Of a stretch of DNA of 64,000 nt, positions 1 to 10,331 are shown in pieces. Location of the stretch: assembly GCA_963739455.1 (NCBI GenBank), contig CAVUAK010000001.1:1344001-1408000 (forward strand), written 5' to 3'. The translations under genes and the position numbers were made by a program. A model generated the notes under the pieces. It was not told the DNA's origin, ran no database searches, and was given only the letters and a program-made list of their open reading frames with translations. The number at the start of each line of letters is the position of its first letter. The first letter of the stretch is position 1. This stretch comes from an uncultured Gemmatimonadales bacterium (GTDB lineage Bacteria > Gemmatimonadota > Gemmatimonadetes > Gemmatimonadales > GWC2-71-9).

Positions 1-573
1 CTCGTCGATCTCGATCCAGTTGAGCGCAGGTACGTTGACGCCGGAGAGCGGCTCGGGCTGGTGATACGCCGGCCGCAGCGGGTTGACGGAGAAGACGTGC
101 TTGATGTCGGTGACGAGCAGCTCCTGGTGCTGCTGCTCGTGGTTCAACCCGATTCGGAGCAGGGGCTCGAGAGTGTCCGGCGACACCACGGGCGAGGCGA
201 GCAGCTCCAGCATGTGCCGGTCGACCCATGCCCGGTATTCATACACCTCGCGCACGGTGGGCCGGGACAGATATCCGCGCTGGTCACGTGCGTGACGGGC
301 GCCGGCCTGGACATAGTAGGAGTTGAACAGGAAGGCGTATCGCGGGTCGAGCGGCTTGTAGCCGGGAAGGTGCGGACCGAGCAGGAACGTCTCGAAGAAC
401 CAGGTAACGTGGGCCAGGTGCCACTTGGTGGGGCTCACATCTGCCATGGTCTGCACGACACAGTCCTCGGCGGCGAGGGGTGCCGCCAGCGCCTCGGTCC
501 GCTCGCGCACCCGGCGATACCGCTCGATCATGGTGCCGCCCAATCCCTCTTCATCTTTCAGGTGTATCATCAT
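1..573 (-). CDS. egtB: Ergothioneine biosynthesis sulfoxide synthase EgtB (5' part; runs off the window). Start may be ATG 531
   Basis: Manual minus-strand translation gives VVQTMADVSPTKWHLAHVTWFFETFLL, YAFLFNSYY and GLNHEQQHQELLVTDIKHVFSVNPLRPAY (EgtB signatures). Not in the ORF track. Next to egtD. Confidence 0.9.
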   Translation of the reverse strand, partial: MMIHLKDEEGLGGTMIERYRRVRERTEALAAPLAAEDCVVQTMADVSPTKWHLAHVTWFFETFLLGPHLPGYKPLDPRYAFLFNSYYVQAGARHARDQRGYLSRPTVREVYEYRAWVDRHMLELLASPVVSPDTLEPLLRIGLNHEQQHQELLVTDIKHVFSVNPLRPAYHQPEPLSGVNVPALNWIEIDE

Positions 574-612
574 CCTATAGGATAAACCGTACGGCTGCCG
601 GAGGTGCGCAGG

Positions 613-1581
613 GTGTCGACGATATCAGCTGGCCAGGCAGCCCGGGCGCAGAACTGGGAAATGCTGGACGAGGTGCGTTCGGGGCTGGGCCGCCCGCAGA
701 AGGAGTTGTCGCCCAAGTACTTCTACGACCTGGCGGGATCGCTGCTCTTCGAGGAGATCACCCGGCTACCGGAGTACTACCTGACCCGGGTGGAGCGCGA
801 ACTGCTGGTCGAGCACGCGCCACAGCTCATGACCAGCACTGGCGTCCGCACGCTGGTGGAACTGGGTGCCGGGAGCGCCTCCAAGACACGGATCCTGCTG
901 GACGCGATGGCTCGAGTGAGCGCCGGCGGCACGTACGTGCCGATCGACGTCAGCGGGGCTTTCCTGAGCGAGACGGCGAGCGGGCTCCGTGCCGCCTACC
1001 CCGGCCTCCGCATTGCCCCGGTCACCGCCGACGTGTCTCGGGACTTCCAGCTGCCGCGGCATGACTCACCGGTCCTCTTCGCCCTGCTCGGCAGCACCAT
1101 CGGCAACTTCGACGAGATGCAGGCGCGGCTGCTCCTGCGTCGGATCCGCGAGCTGATGGGACCGTCAGATCGCTTCCTGCTGGGCGCCGACCTGCAAAAG
1201 GATGCCGCCCAGCTCAACGCGGCGTACAACGATGCCGCCGGCGTCACGGCCCGGTTCAACCTCAACATGCTCCAGGTGCTGAACCGTGAACTTGGCGCTG
1301 ACTTCGACCGCCCAGCCTTTGCGCACCGGGCCTTCTACAATGAGCAACTGCACCGCATCGAGATGCACCTCGTCTCATTGGTGGACCAGGTGGTGACGAT
1401 CCCGGGGATCGGTGGTGTCGCACTGGCGAAGGGTGAGTCGATCCGGACGGAGATCAGCTGCAAGTATGACCGCGCCGGCATCGAGGTCCTGTTCACGGCG
1501 GCGGGCATGTCGCTGGAGACATGGCACACCGATGACCTGCAGCGCTTCGCACTGGCGGTTGGCCGGCTCGGCGTTAGCTGA
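613..1581 (+). CDS. egtD: L-histidine N-alpha-methyltransferase EgtD
   Basis: KELSPKYFYD, LFEEITRLPEYYLTR, VELGAGSASKT, GSTIGNF, AAYNDAAGVTARFN, IRTEISCKY. GGAGGT (600-605) favours GTG 613. Confidence 0.93.
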   Translation: MSTISAGQAARAQNWEMLDEVRSGLGRPQKELSPKYFYDLAGSLLFEEITRLPEYYLTRVERELLVEHAPQLMTSTGVRTLVELGAGSASKTRILLDAMARVSAGGTYVPIDVSGAFLSETASGLRAAYPGLRIAPVTADVSRDFQLPRHDSPVLFALLGSTIGNFDEMQARLLLRRIRELMGPSDRFLLGADLQKDAAQLNAAYNDAAGVTARFNLNMLQVLNRELGADFDRPAFAHRAFYNEQLHRIEMHLVSLVDQVVTIPGIGGVALAKGESIRTEISCKYDRAGIEVLFTAAGMSLETWHTDDLQRFALAVGRLGVS

Positions 1582-1592
1582 CGCTCCCGCCG

Positions 1593-2102
1593 TCAGTCCT
1601 TCTCCAGCACGGCACAGGCCAGTCGCGCGCCGGACCCGCCATTCGCCGGGGAGTTGCCGAGGTTATCGGGGTTGGCGTGCAGTATGACGGCGTGGCCCAG
1701 GATGCTGGTGCTGTCGGAGAAGAGGTTCACCCGGCCCTCGGTGATCTCGAGCTTGCCGGTGCCGTCGGGGCCGACGGTGATGTTGCCGAGATCGCCGGCG
1801 TGCCCGATGCCGTTGGGGCCGGCATGAAAATTCTTCTGCAGGGGATCGAAGTGGGGGCCGGCGCCGGCGAATGGGCCCGCTGAATCCGCAGGCGTGCCGC
1901 AAGTGGCGTTGGCGTGCACATGCAGGCCGTGCCTGCCGGGCGGAAGGCCATGTACTACGACCTTGATCCGCACTCCCTTCGCCTCCTGCTTCACCTCGAT
2001 CTTGCCGACCTCGGCGCCGCTGGCATCATGCAGGACGCCCCTGGCGCCAAGCGCGAACAGGCCCAGCAGGAGAATTGTCGCGCGACCGGTCATTGAATCC
2101 AT
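1593..2102 (-). CDS. sodC: Cu/Zn superoxide dismutase family protein, secreted
   Basis: HGLHVH, HFDP, HAGDLGN, VILHANPD, GSGARLAC. TATTGT lies 6 nt before ATG 2102 (leaderless pattern). Confidence 0.88.
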   Translation of the reverse strand: MDSMTGRATILLLGLFALGARGVLHDASGAEVGKIEVKQEAKGVRIKVVVHGLPPGRHGLHVHANATCGTPADSAGPFAGAGPHFDPLQKNFHAGPNGIGHAGDLGNITVGPDGTGKLEITEGRVNLFSDSTSILGHAVILHANPDNLGNSPANGGSGARLACAVLEKD

Positions 2103-2131
2103 GACAATACAATAACGGTATTGCCCGCCGG

Positions 2132-2299
2132 CTAGCGCCCCCTTCGCGTCTTCGCCGTACGCCCTTCCTGCTTCCGCTGCTTGTTCACCGTGGCGCCGGC
2201 GATTTCCTTGGCGCGTTTCAGCGAGCGACCCTGCTTCCGCTCTGATTCCTTGATGTGTTCGTATTGCCGCTCGTCCTTGCTGCTCCATGCGCGAGGCAT
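2132..2299 (-). CDS. Small basic conserved protein, 55 aa (ERQYEHIK family)
   Basis: Manual translation MPRAWSSKDERQYEHIKESERKQGRSLKRAKEIAGATVNKQRKQEGRTAKTRRGR, with a strong GGAGGAGG SD. Below the ORF-track cutoff. Confidence 0.8.
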   Translation of the reverse strand: MPRAWSSKDERQYEHIKESERKQGRSLKRAKEIAGATVNKQRKQEGRTAKTRRGR

Positions 2300-2411
2300 A
2301 TGGCCTCCTCCTGGTTGCGGGCCTCATTCGAAATACCGCCGCGAGGCTGCATTTGTTGCCTGCCCGGGGTACTCTCACTGACACGACTGCGGTGACAAGA
2401 GGAGCAACCTG

Positions 2412-3938
2412 ATGGCAGACACGAACGATGCCGCCAAGCGAGACCTTCGCGCGGGCGTTTCGCTCCAGGACCTTCCCGATGGCGGGATGCTGCAGGGTAC
2501 GGTCGATGGCGATGACGTGATCGTCGCGCGTCGAGGGGACGAGGTGTTCGCCGTGAGTGCATTCTGCACCCACTATCACGGGCCGCTCGCCGAGGGTCTC
2601 GTGGCAGGAGATACGGTACGCTGCCCTTGGCACCACGCCTGTTTCAGCCTTCGCACCGGCGAGGCGGTGCGGGCGCCGGCGCTGGACGCGATCACCTGCT
2701 GGCGGGTCGACCGGGAGGGTGATCGCGTCCTTGTGCGCGAGAAACTCGCGGTACCTGCCCGGCCGGGCGCCGGTCGCCCGGGCAAGGCGCCGGACTCGAT
2801 TGTCATCGTTGGTGGTGGTGCGGCCGGGCTTGCCGCGGCTGACATGCTGCGTCGCGAAGGGTACGACGGCCCGCTCACGATGATCAGCGCCGACGACTCC
2901 CCGCCGTGTGATCGTCCCAACCTCTCGAAGGACTACCTCGCGGGCACGGCACAGGAGGAGTGGATTCCGCTCCGCCCGCCGGAATTCTACGAGGAGCGAC
3001 AGATCGACCTCCTGCTCAACGCGCGGGTGTCAGGGCTCGACCTGCGCCACCGGAGACTCGAGCTCGAGGATGGCGGAAGCCGGGGCTACTCCGCGCTGCT
3101 GCTGGCGACCGGTGCCGAGCCGGTACGACTGGAGATTCCGGGTGCCGCGAAGGACCAGGTGCTGTACCTCCGCACCTTCGCGGACAGCAAGGCCATCGTG
3201 GCACGGACGGCGTCGGCGAAGCGAGTGGTGGTGATCGGGGCGAGCTTCATCGCGCTCGAGGTGGCGGCCTCACTGCGGGCGCGCGACATCGAGGTTCATG
3301 TGGTGGCACCTGATCGCGTTCCGCTCGAGCGAGTGATGGGGGCCGAGGTGGGTGCGTTCATCCGGCAGGTCCACGAGGGTCATGGCGTGGTGTTCCACCT
3401 GGGCCAGACTGTGGCTCGGGTCGACGGACGCGCCGTGATGCTGACCGACGGCACCACGCTCGATGCCGATTTCCTCGTGGCCGGTGTCGGGGTGCGACCG
3501 GTGACCGGCTTCGCCGAGAAGGCCGGGCTCAAGATCGATCGTGGTATCACCGTGAATGAGTTCCTCGAGACATCGGAGCCCGGCGTCTTTGCCGCGGGTG
3601 ACATCGCGCGGTGGCCGGATCCGCACACCCGCGAGCGGATCAGGGTGGAGCACTGGGTGGTGGCGGAGCGCCAGGGACAGGTGGCGGCGAGGAACATGCT
3701 GGGGCACGAGGAGCAGTTCGACGCGGTGCCGTTCTTCTGGAGCCAGCACTATGACCTGGCGATCAATTATGTGGGTCACGCCGAGAAGTGGGACGGGGTG
3801 GTGATTGACGGGTCGCTCGAGTCGCGGGACTGCAAGGTGAGCTACATGCTGGGCGGGAAGGAACTCGCGGTGGTCACCATCTTCCGTGACCAGGAAAGCC
3901 TCGAGGTGGAGCGTGCGATGGAGCTGTCGGTGCGCTAG
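2412..3938 (+). CDS. Rieske [2Fe-2S] domain fused to FAD-dependent (ferredoxin reductase/AIF-like) oxidoreductase
   Basis: CTHY...CPWH Rieske motif, GGGAAG, RPNLSK, ATGA, GASFI, AAGDIA, VPFFWS. Confidence 0.9.
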   Translation: MADTNDAAKRDLRAGVSLQDLPDGGMLQGTVDGDDVIVARRGDEVFAVSAFCTHYHGPLAEGLVAGDTVRCPWHHACFSLRTGEAVRAPALDAITCWRVDREGDRVLVREKLAVPARPGAGRPGKAPDSIVIVGGGAAGLAAADMLRREGYDGPLTMISADDSPPCDRPNLSKDYLAGTAQEEWIPLRPPEFYEERQIDLLLNARVSGLDLRHRRLELEDGGSRGYSALLLATGAEPVRLEIPGAAKDQVLYLRTFADSKAIVARTASAKRVVVIGASFIALEVAASLRARDIEVHVVAPDRVPLERVMGAEVGAFIRQVHEGHGVVFHLGQTVARVDGRAVMLTDGTTLDADFLVAGVGVRPVTGFAEKAGLKIDRGITVNEFLETSEPGVFAAGDIARWPDPHTRERIRVEHWVVAERQGQVAARNMLGHEEQFDAVPFFWSQHYDLAINYVGHAEKWDGVVIDGSLESRDCKVSYMLGGKELAVVTIFRDQESLEVERAMELSVR

Positions 3939-4006
3939 CGGATACGACCTTGCGCTTCAGGTACCGGCGCTCGACGTTATGCGATCCCGACTACCCCGGA
4001 GAGACA

Positions 4007-5251
4007 ATGCGCGCAGCTGTCGTTCTTTCGCTGGTGCCGGTCCTTGCCCTGCATGCCATCCTGGCGAGCGCCCAGGTAACCGCGATCAAGGCGGGGCGTG
4101 TGGTGGACCCCGACGCCGGGACGGCGGCGAAGGACCAGGTGATCCTGGTGGAAGGCGGCCGGATCACGGCGATCGGCGGCGACGTGAAAGTGCCGAGCGG
4201 TGCGAAGGTGATCGACCTTTCGCGGGCGACGGTATCGCCAGGGCTGGTGGACGCGCACACCCACCTGTGCATGGATGTCCAGGCCAAGCGTGACGCGGGG
4301 AACTATTACATCACGACGCTGATCGACCCCGACGCCTACCGCTCGATCGAGGGCGTCGTCAACGCGAAGACAATGCTCGAGGCGGGCTTCACCAGCGTGC
4401 GCGACGTGGGCAACGAGGGACGGTATGCCTGCGTACAGGTGCGGCGGGCCATCCAGCGAGGGCTGGTTCCCGGACCGACGATGATCACGGCCGGGCGCAT
4501 CATCGCGCCGTACGGCGGCCAGTTCCACCTGCAGCCTGACAAGCCGGCGCTGGCGGAGCCGGAGTACTACTTCGCCGACACCCACGATGAGATGGTGAAG
4601 GCGGTGCGCGAGAACGTGCACTATGGCGCCACCGTCATCAAGATCGTGGTGGACGACCAGCAGTACATCTACTCCACCGACGACATCATCTTCATCAAGA
4701 ATGAGGCTGCGCGTGCCGGGCTCAAGCTCGCGGCGCATGCGTGGACCGAGCCTGGTGCGCACAACGCGGCGGAAGCGGGCGTCGCATCGATCGAGCACGG
4801 CTTCGACATGACCGATGCCGACCTGGAGATCGCAAAGAAGAACGGGGTGGTCCTGGTGGGAACGGAGTATCTCGCCCTCGACGATACGCCGGAGGCGCAC
4901 AAGCAGTGGGTGGACCGCCTGGCGCGGGCCTACAAGGTGGGCGTGACCCTGGTGTATGGCACCGATGCCACCAACCTGCTCGCCGACAAGACCCGCGGAC
5001 AGGATGCCATGATGGGGATCGACCCCTGGGTGGAGGCGGGCATCCCGGCTCCGGACATCCTCAAGGCGATGACGACCAGCGCGACGCGACTGCTGGGGGT
5101 GGACAAGCAGAGGGGCACATTGAAGGTGGGAATGGCCGCCGACCTCATTGCCACGCCCGACAACCCGCTCACGAACATCCAGACGCTCAAGCAGGTCAAC
5201 TTCGTGATGAAGAACGGCGCGGTGGTACCGCTACCCGGCCAGGGCCGTTGA
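4007..5251 (+). CDS. Secreted amidohydrolase family protein
   Basis: Signal peptide, PGLVDAHTH, GFTSVRDVG, SIEHG, YGTDA, VMKNG. Confidence 0.85.
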   Translation: MRAAVVLSLVPVLALHAILASAQVTAIKAGRVVDPDAGTAAKDQVILVEGGRITAIGGDVKVPSGAKVIDLSRATVSPGLVDAHTHLCMDVQAKRDAGNYYITTLIDPDAYRSIEGVVNAKTMLEAGFTSVRDVGNEGRYACVQVRRAIQRGLVPGPTMITAGRIIAPYGGQFHLQPDKPALAEPEYYFADTHDEMVKAVRENVHYGATVIKIVVDDQQYIYSTDDIIFIKNEAARAGLKLAAHAWTEPGAHNAAEAGVASIEHGFDMTDADLEIAKKNGVVLVGTEYLALDDTPEAHKQWVDRLARAYKVGVTLVYGTDATNLLADKTRGQDAMMGIDPWVEAGIPAPDILKAMTTSATRLLGVDKQRGTLKVGMAADLIATPDNPLTNIQTLKQVNFVMKNGAVVPLPGQGR

Positions 5252-7396
5252 GATCGGCAGCTTTCGCACGCGCTTGCCGGTCGCGGCAAACACCGCATTG
5301 GCTATTGCGGGCATGACCGCGGAGGTGCCGGGTTCGCCCATGCCCCCCGGCTCCTCCGTGCTCCTCACCAGGTGAACCTCGATGACGGGCGACTCGTTCA
5401 TGCGGAGCGCCCGGTAGTTGTGGAAGTTGCCCTGCTCGACCCGGCCATCCTTGAGGGTAATCTCCCCGTAGAGCGCCCCTGATGCCCCGAAGATGATCCC
5501 GCTCTGCATCTGCGCCTCGATGATGTGCGGGTTGACCTGGATGCCGCAGTCCACCGCGGCCACCACACGAGTGACCCGCACGTCACTGCCGGTGACCTGC
5601 ACTTCAGCCACCTGGGCGACAAAACTCCCGAACACATGCTGCACCGACACCCCGCGCCCGTGTCCGGCGGGCATCGGCGTTCCCCATGACGCCTTGCTGG
5701 CGGCGAGCTCGAGGACGGCGGCGGCGCGGGGCGAATTCGCCAACAGCGCCCGGCGGAAGGCCACCGGGTCCTGGCTCGACGCGGCGGCCAGCTCATCGAT
5801 GAAGCTCTCGACCACGAAGATGTTGTGGGTGGGGCCGACGCCGCGCCACCAGCCGGTGGGAATGCCGGGTGGTTCCACGCGCACATACTCGACCAGCATG
5901 CTGGGGAAGTCGTACGGGGTGTCGGTGGCGCCGTCGACGGCGTCGAGGTCGATGCCCTTGATGGTGGTAACCAGTCTCGAGAACCCGGCGGCCTTCAACC
6001 CGCTCACGCTCTTCTCTGCCCACCGGAGCAGGATGGATGGCCCGGCGATGCGATGGCTCCACGCCACCGGCTTGCCGCTCGCGTCGAGCCCGGCGGCGAT
6101 GCGGTCGTAGTAGTACGGCCGGTACATGTCGTGCTGGATGTCCTCCTCACGGCTCCAGGTGACGCGTACCGGACCATCGACCTGCTTCGCGATCGCCACT
6201 GCCTGGGTGACGTAATCCACCTCGAGCCGGCGACCGAACCCGCCCCCGATGAGATGGTTGTGCACCTTCACCTGGTCCTTCGAGAGGCCGGTGACCTTCG
6301 CAGCGGCTGCCTGCGCGCGGCCCGCGACCTGGGTGCCGAGCCACAGGTCGCATCCATCGGGTCGCACGTGCACCGTGCAATTGATCGGCTCCATGGTGGC
6401 GTGAGCGAGGAACGGCGCCTCATAAATGGCCTCGACCCTGGTCGTGGCACCGGCCATGGCGGCGCCGACGTCACTATCCTCCCTCGCCACCTTGCCCGGC
6501 CTGGCTGACGCCTCCTCGAGCTGCTTCACCACGTCGGCGGTGGAGAGCGACGCATGCGGTCCGTTGTTCCACTTGATGTCGAGCGCGGCGAGACCCTGTC
6601 GCGCCGCCCAGGTGTTGCTCGCGATGACGGCGACGGCGTCATCGATGCGCACGACCTGGGAGACGCCCTTCACGGTCATCGCCCTGGCCTCATCGACGCT
6701 GTCGACGGTGCCGCCGAAGACGGGTGACGCTGCAACCGCGGCGAAGCGCATTCCCGGAAGGATGGCGTCGATGCCGAACTTCGCCGAGCCGTTGACCTTG
6801 TCGGGCGAGTCGAGCCGCTTCGCCGGGGTGCCGATGAGCGTCCAGTCCTTCGGGTCCTTGAGCGCCACCTTGCCGGGCACGGGCAGGGTCGCCGCCCGAT
6901 CGGCCAGCTCGCCATAGGTACGCTTGCGACCACTCGCGTCGTGAAAGACGACGCCATGGCCGGTACGGCAAGAGGCAGCGTCGACGCCCCACTCCTGCGC
7001 CGCCGCCGCGACGAGCATGGTGCGAGCAACCGCGCCAGCGTGGCGGAGCGGCATCCACATCACCCGCACCGAGGTCGACCCGCCAGTGCCCTGAAAACCG
7101 AGCGCGGGATTGAAGTACGGCCTGGCCGGTGGCGCTGCCTCGAGTGTCACCTGGTCGAGGCCCACATCGAGCTCCTCGGCGAGGAGCATCGGCATGGAGG
7201 TGTAGGTGCCCTGTCCCATTTCCACCTGGGACATGACGAGGGTGATGACGCCGTCGCGACCAATGCGGATCCAGGCATTGGGGGCGAAGGTGCCGGCGGC
7301 CGCGGTGTCGTCGCGCTGGCCGAGCCGGCACGAGAGCAGCAGGCCACCACCGGCCGCAACACTGGCCACGATGAACTCACGACGGGACCAGGCCAC
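5231..7396 (-). CDS. Molybdopterin-binding oxidoreductase large subunit (isoquinoline 1-oxidoreductase beta-like, Tat signal)
   Basis: SRREF Tat motif, EMGQG, TGGSTS, AHATMEP, GGGFGRR, GMGEPG. GTG 7396 follows the small subunit. Confidence 0.88.
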   Translation of the reverse strand: MAWSRREFIVASVAAGGGLLLSCRLGQRDDTAAAGTFAPNAWIRIGRDGVITLVMSQVEMGQGTYTSMPMLLAEELDVGLDQVTLEAAPPARPYFNPALGFQGTGGSTSVRVMWMPLRHAGAVARTMLVAAAAQEWGVDAASCRTGHGVVFHDASGRKRTYGELADRAATLPVPGKVALKDPKDWTLIGTPAKRLDSPDKVNGSAKFGIDAILPGMRFAAVAASPVFGGTVDSVDEARAMTVKGVSQVVRIDDAVAVIASNTWAARQGLAALDIKWNNGPHASLSTADVVKQLEEASARPGKVAREDSDVGAAMAGATTRVEAIYEAPFLAHATMEPINCTVHVRPDGCDLWLGTQVAGRAQAAAAKVTGLSKDQVKVHNHLIGGGFGRRLEVDYVTQAVAIAKQVDGPVRVTWSREEDIQHDMYRPYYYDRIAAGLDASGKPVAWSHRIAGPSILLRWAEKSVSGLKAAGFSRLVTTIKGIDLDAVDGATDTPYDFPSMLVEYVRVEPPGIPTGWWRGVGPTHNIFVVESFIDELAAASSQDPVAFRRALLANSPRAAAVLELAASKASWGTPMPAGHGRGVSVQHVFGSFVAQVAEVQVTGSDVRVTRVVAAVDCGIQVNPHIIEAQMQSGIIFGASGALYGEITLKDGRVEQGNFHNYRALRMNESPVIEVHLVRSTEEPGGMGEPGTSAVMPAIANAVFAATGKRVRKLPISTALAG

Positions 7397-7397
7397 C

Positions 7398-7874
7398 CTA
7401 TGGCTCCCGAACCGCGAGCGTGGAAGAGAGGGCCGCCCGCATGATGGCGGCGCGGATGCGGGTGTAGGTACCGCAGCGGCAGATGTTGCCAGACATCGCG
7501 TTGTCGATGTCGCTATCGGTGGGATGCGGGTTGGCCGCGATGAGCGCAGCGGCGGACATGATCTGTCCCGACTGGCAGTATCCGCACTGCACCACGTCGA
7601 GATCGAGCCAGGCGTCCTGCACCTTTTTCCCGGCGGGGGTGTCACCCACGGCCTCGATGGTGGTGATCGTGCCGCCACTTGCCGCCATGACCGGGGTGAC
7701 GCATGACCGGATCGCCTGGCCGTTCAGGTGCACGGTGCAGGCGCCGCAGGCGCCAATACCACAGCCGAACTTGGTGCCGGTCATCTGGAGCACGTCGCGG
7801 ATGACCCAGAGGAGGGGCATGTCGTCGGGGACGTCGACGTCGCGCGGCGTGCCGTTCACGTTCAGGGTGGGCAT
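7398..7874 (-). CDS. (2Fe-2S)-binding small subunit (IorA-like)
   Basis: [34 protein letters not shown]. Confidence 0.92.
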   Translation of the reverse strand: MPTLNVNGTPRDVDVPDDMPLLWVIRDVLQMTGTKFGCGIGACGACTVHLNGQAIRSCVTPVMAASGGTITTIEAVGDTPAGKKVQDAWLDLDVVQCGYCQSGQIMSAAALIAANPHPTDSDIDNAMSGNICRCGTYTRIRAAIMRAALSSTLAVREP

Positions 7875-7947
7875 CGGGGTTCCGTTCTGGAATTGCCAGA
7901 TTGCTTCGGCCACTGCGTGGCCTCGCGATGACACTTACAATACAACA

Positions 7948-8982
7948 ATGGAACTTGGACTCTGCAGCTTCGTGGAAATCTCGCCGGACCCCGCTACCGG
8001 CACCCTCATCGGCCCGGAACAACGGGTCAAGGACCTCATCGAAGAGGCCGAACTCGCCGACCAGCTCGGCCTCGACGTCTTCGGGATCGGTGAGCATCAC
8101 CGACCGGACTTCGTGGCGTCGGCGCCGGCGGTGGTACTGGCGGCGATCGCGATGCGCACCAGGCGACTTCGTCTCACGAGTGCCGTGACGGTGCTCAGCT
8201 CGGACGATCCGGTGCGCGTCTTCGAGGAATTCGCCACGCTGGACCTGTTGTCGGGTGGCCGAGCCGAAATCATGGCGGGGAGGGGATCCTTCACCGAGTC
8301 GTTCCCGCTGTTCGGGTACAATCTCGACGACTACGACGACCTGTTCGCCGAGAAGCTTGCGCTGCTGCTCAAGCTCCGGGAGGACGCACCGGTAACGTGG
8401 AAGGGCCGGCTTCGCCCTCCACTCCGGGAGACAGTGGCCTATCCGCGGCCGGTGCAGCAGCCGCTGCCAGTGTGGATCGGGGTGGGCGGCAATCCGCCGT
8501 CGGTGGTACGGGCCGCGACGCTCGGGCTACCGATGGCACTGGCGATCATCGGCGGGGCACCGGAGCGCTTCGTGCCGCTGGTGAACCTGTACCGCGATTC
8601 GGCGCGGAAGGCGGGGCATGACCCTGCGACGCTGCCGCTCAGCATCAACACCCACGCGTATGTCGCCGAGAAATCACAGCAGGCGGCCGACGAGTTCTAC
8701 CCGTCCTATGCATACGTCATGTCGAAGATCGGGCGGGAGCGTGGCTGGCCCCCGATGAACCGCGCGCAGTACGAGGTGCTCCGGTCGCCGCGAGGGGCGC
8801 TGGCGGTGGGGAGCCCACAGGAAGTGATCGACAAGATCCTCTTCCTGCACGAGCTGTTCGGGCAGCAGCGGTACATCGCGCAGTTCAGCGTCGGGACGAT
8901 ACCGCATGACAGGATGATGCGGTCGATCGAACTGTTCGGGACGGTGGTGGCGCCGGCGGTCAGGAAGAGCTTGGGCAGGTGA
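7948..8982 (+). CDS. LLM-class flavin-dependent oxidoreductase
   Basis: [46 protein letters not shown] lies 6 nt before the ATG. Confidence 0.9.
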   Translation: MELGLCSFVEISPDPATGTLIGPEQRVKDLIEEAELADQLGLDVFGIGEHHRPDFVASAPAVVLAAIAMRTRRLRLTSAVTVLSSDDPVRVFEEFATLDLLSGGRAEIMAGRGSFTESFPLFGYNLDDYDDLFAEKLALLLKLREDAPVTWKGRLRPPLRETVAYPRPVQQPLPVWIGVGGNPPSVVRAATLGLPMALAIIGGAPERFVPLVNLYRDSARKAGHDPATLPLSINTHAYVAEKSQQAADEFYPSYAYVMSKIGRERGWPPMNRAQYEVLRSPRGALAVGSPQEVIDKILFLHELFGQQRYIAQFSVGTIPHDRMMRSIELFGTVVAPAVRKSLGR

Positions 8983-9007
8983 CCGCGGGAACAGGGAACA
9001 GGGAAGC

Positions 9008-10237
9008 TTATTCCTTCGGCGGCGGGGACTGGAGGCGCTCGACAATGTCCCGGGTCGAGTCGAGGATGCCGACATCGGGCAGCGCGTTCTCCGCGACCCA
9101 CGCCTGAAAGAACGGATTGTCGAAGATGACCGTCTTGCCATCGCGCGTGAGGATCTCGCGCTTCTCCAGCCACTCGACGGCCTGGGCCACCTCGGCGCTA
9201 CTGCGGAAGCCGAATCGCTGGAGGCTGTGGCGGGCGTAGAGCTTCGGTTCGCCGACGGCCACCGCGCGGAGCACGTTCTGCTGGCTGGGCGGCAGGTCAT
9301 CCCACAGGCGCCGGAATGCCTCGCCGTAGCTGTCGAGGAGCTCCTGGAGGGCATCATCCAGGGTGGCCGTCGTGACAGCCCCCACTGGGGCCGCGACGTC
9401 GTACACGGCTCGCGCGAGTTCCACGATATCCCGGGTGCGGGGTCCGGCGGTGGCCACCACGCGGGCGCCGATGCCACCGGGGGGCACACGGGCCCCGGCG
9501 AGTCGCTCGTCGATCCAGCGCGCCATGTGGCCGGGGTCGATGGGGCCGAGATGCAGCGGGCGAAAGAGCTTGTAGAAGGCCCGACCCTCGCCCTGCATGG
9601 CGGCGAGCAGGGAGAGTTCGGACCCGGCGCCGACGTAGGCCACGTGCTGATGACGCTCGATGATGCCCCGCAGGTGCCACTCGGCGCCCTCGCCACCAAA
9701 GCGCGCGATGGTCTGGAATTCATCGAGCACGATGCCGATGCGCGCCTTGCGCTGGGCCGCCACCTGGTCGATGGTGTCGAGCACGCGCTGGAGGGTGGCA
9801 CGCTGTTCCTCGAGGGAGTCGCTGCGGCCCTCGAGACTCAGGCTTGGCAGCGCCAGGCCGGTGACGGGGTCGAGTGAGAGGCTGACCCTGAGGGTCAATG
9901 CCTTGAGGAACCCGGCGAGCACGTCCTGCCACCTCCGCCCGATGGCCCGGCTGGCCCCCTGCAGGATCCGGTTGGCGATGTCGGTGACGGTGGTGGCGCC
10001 GGACAGGTCGGCCCGAAACGCGACGCCCTTTCGCGCGGTGACGCTGGCGATGGCCCGGTCGAGCGTGGAGCTCTTGCCCATGCGCCGGGGCCCGAACACC
10101 AGGAGCTTGTCGCCGGGGGACAGCAGGGCCTTCTCGATGCGGCGCAGTTCGTCCGCCCGGTTGGTGAAGAAGCCCTCGGCCACGACGCCGCCAATGCGGA
10201 AGGGGTTGATGGGCGGAAAACCGGCCGGGCGTGACAT
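9008..10237 (-). CDS. AAA+/archaeal-type ATPase with probable C-terminal winged HTH
   Basis: NPF...F.NR.DEL, Walker A GPRRMGKS, Walker B IVLDEFQ. Confidence 0.8.
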   Translation of the reverse strand: MSRPAGFPPINPFRIGGVVAEGFFTNRADELRRIEKALLSPGDKLLVFGPRRMGKSSTLDRAIASVTARKGVAFRADLSGATTVTDIANRILQGASRAIGRRWQDVLAGFLKALTLRVSLSLDPVTGLALPSLSLEGRSDSLEEQRATLQRVLDTIDQVAAQRKARIGIVLDEFQTIARFGGEGAEWHLRGIIERHQHVAYVGAGSELSLLAAMQGEGRAFYKLFRPLHLGPIDPGHMARWIDERLAGARVPPGGIGARVVATAGPRTRDIVELARAVYDVAAPVGAVTTATLDDALQELLDSYGEAFRRLWDDLPPSQQNVLRAVAVGEPKLYARHSLQRFGFRSSAEVAQAVEWLEKREILTRDGKTVIFDNPFFQAWVAENALPDVGILDSTRDIVERLQSPPPKE

Positions 10238-10241
10238 GGAT

Positions 10242-10319
10242 GTAATATAGTTATTAGTAATACGAATGCTAGCTCATTTTGGTCTCCAGCGACAAAATTG
10301 CAGTAATACACTTATTAGT
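10242..10319. promoter_or_regulatory. Two near-identical palindromic boxes TAATA-N4-TATTA between divergent genes
   Basis: GTAATATAGTTATTAGT (10242-10258) and GTAATACACTTATTAGT (10303-10319), 15/17 identical, in an AT-rich island. Confidence 0.6.
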
Positions 10320-10331
10320 TAGTTCATCTCG

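Noticed and set aside
61..585. Plus-strand 174-aa ORF and the many long antisense ORFs in the window
   Set aside because: Shadow ORFs expected in high-GC DNA. The opposite strand carries the recognisable gene (here egtB).
1593..2636. 347-aa extended SodC; likewise the 499-aa LLM ORF from 7483 and the 261-aa LemA ORF from 13856
   Set aside because: The N-terminal extensions overlap other real genes. Better starts exist at 2102, 7948 and 14084.
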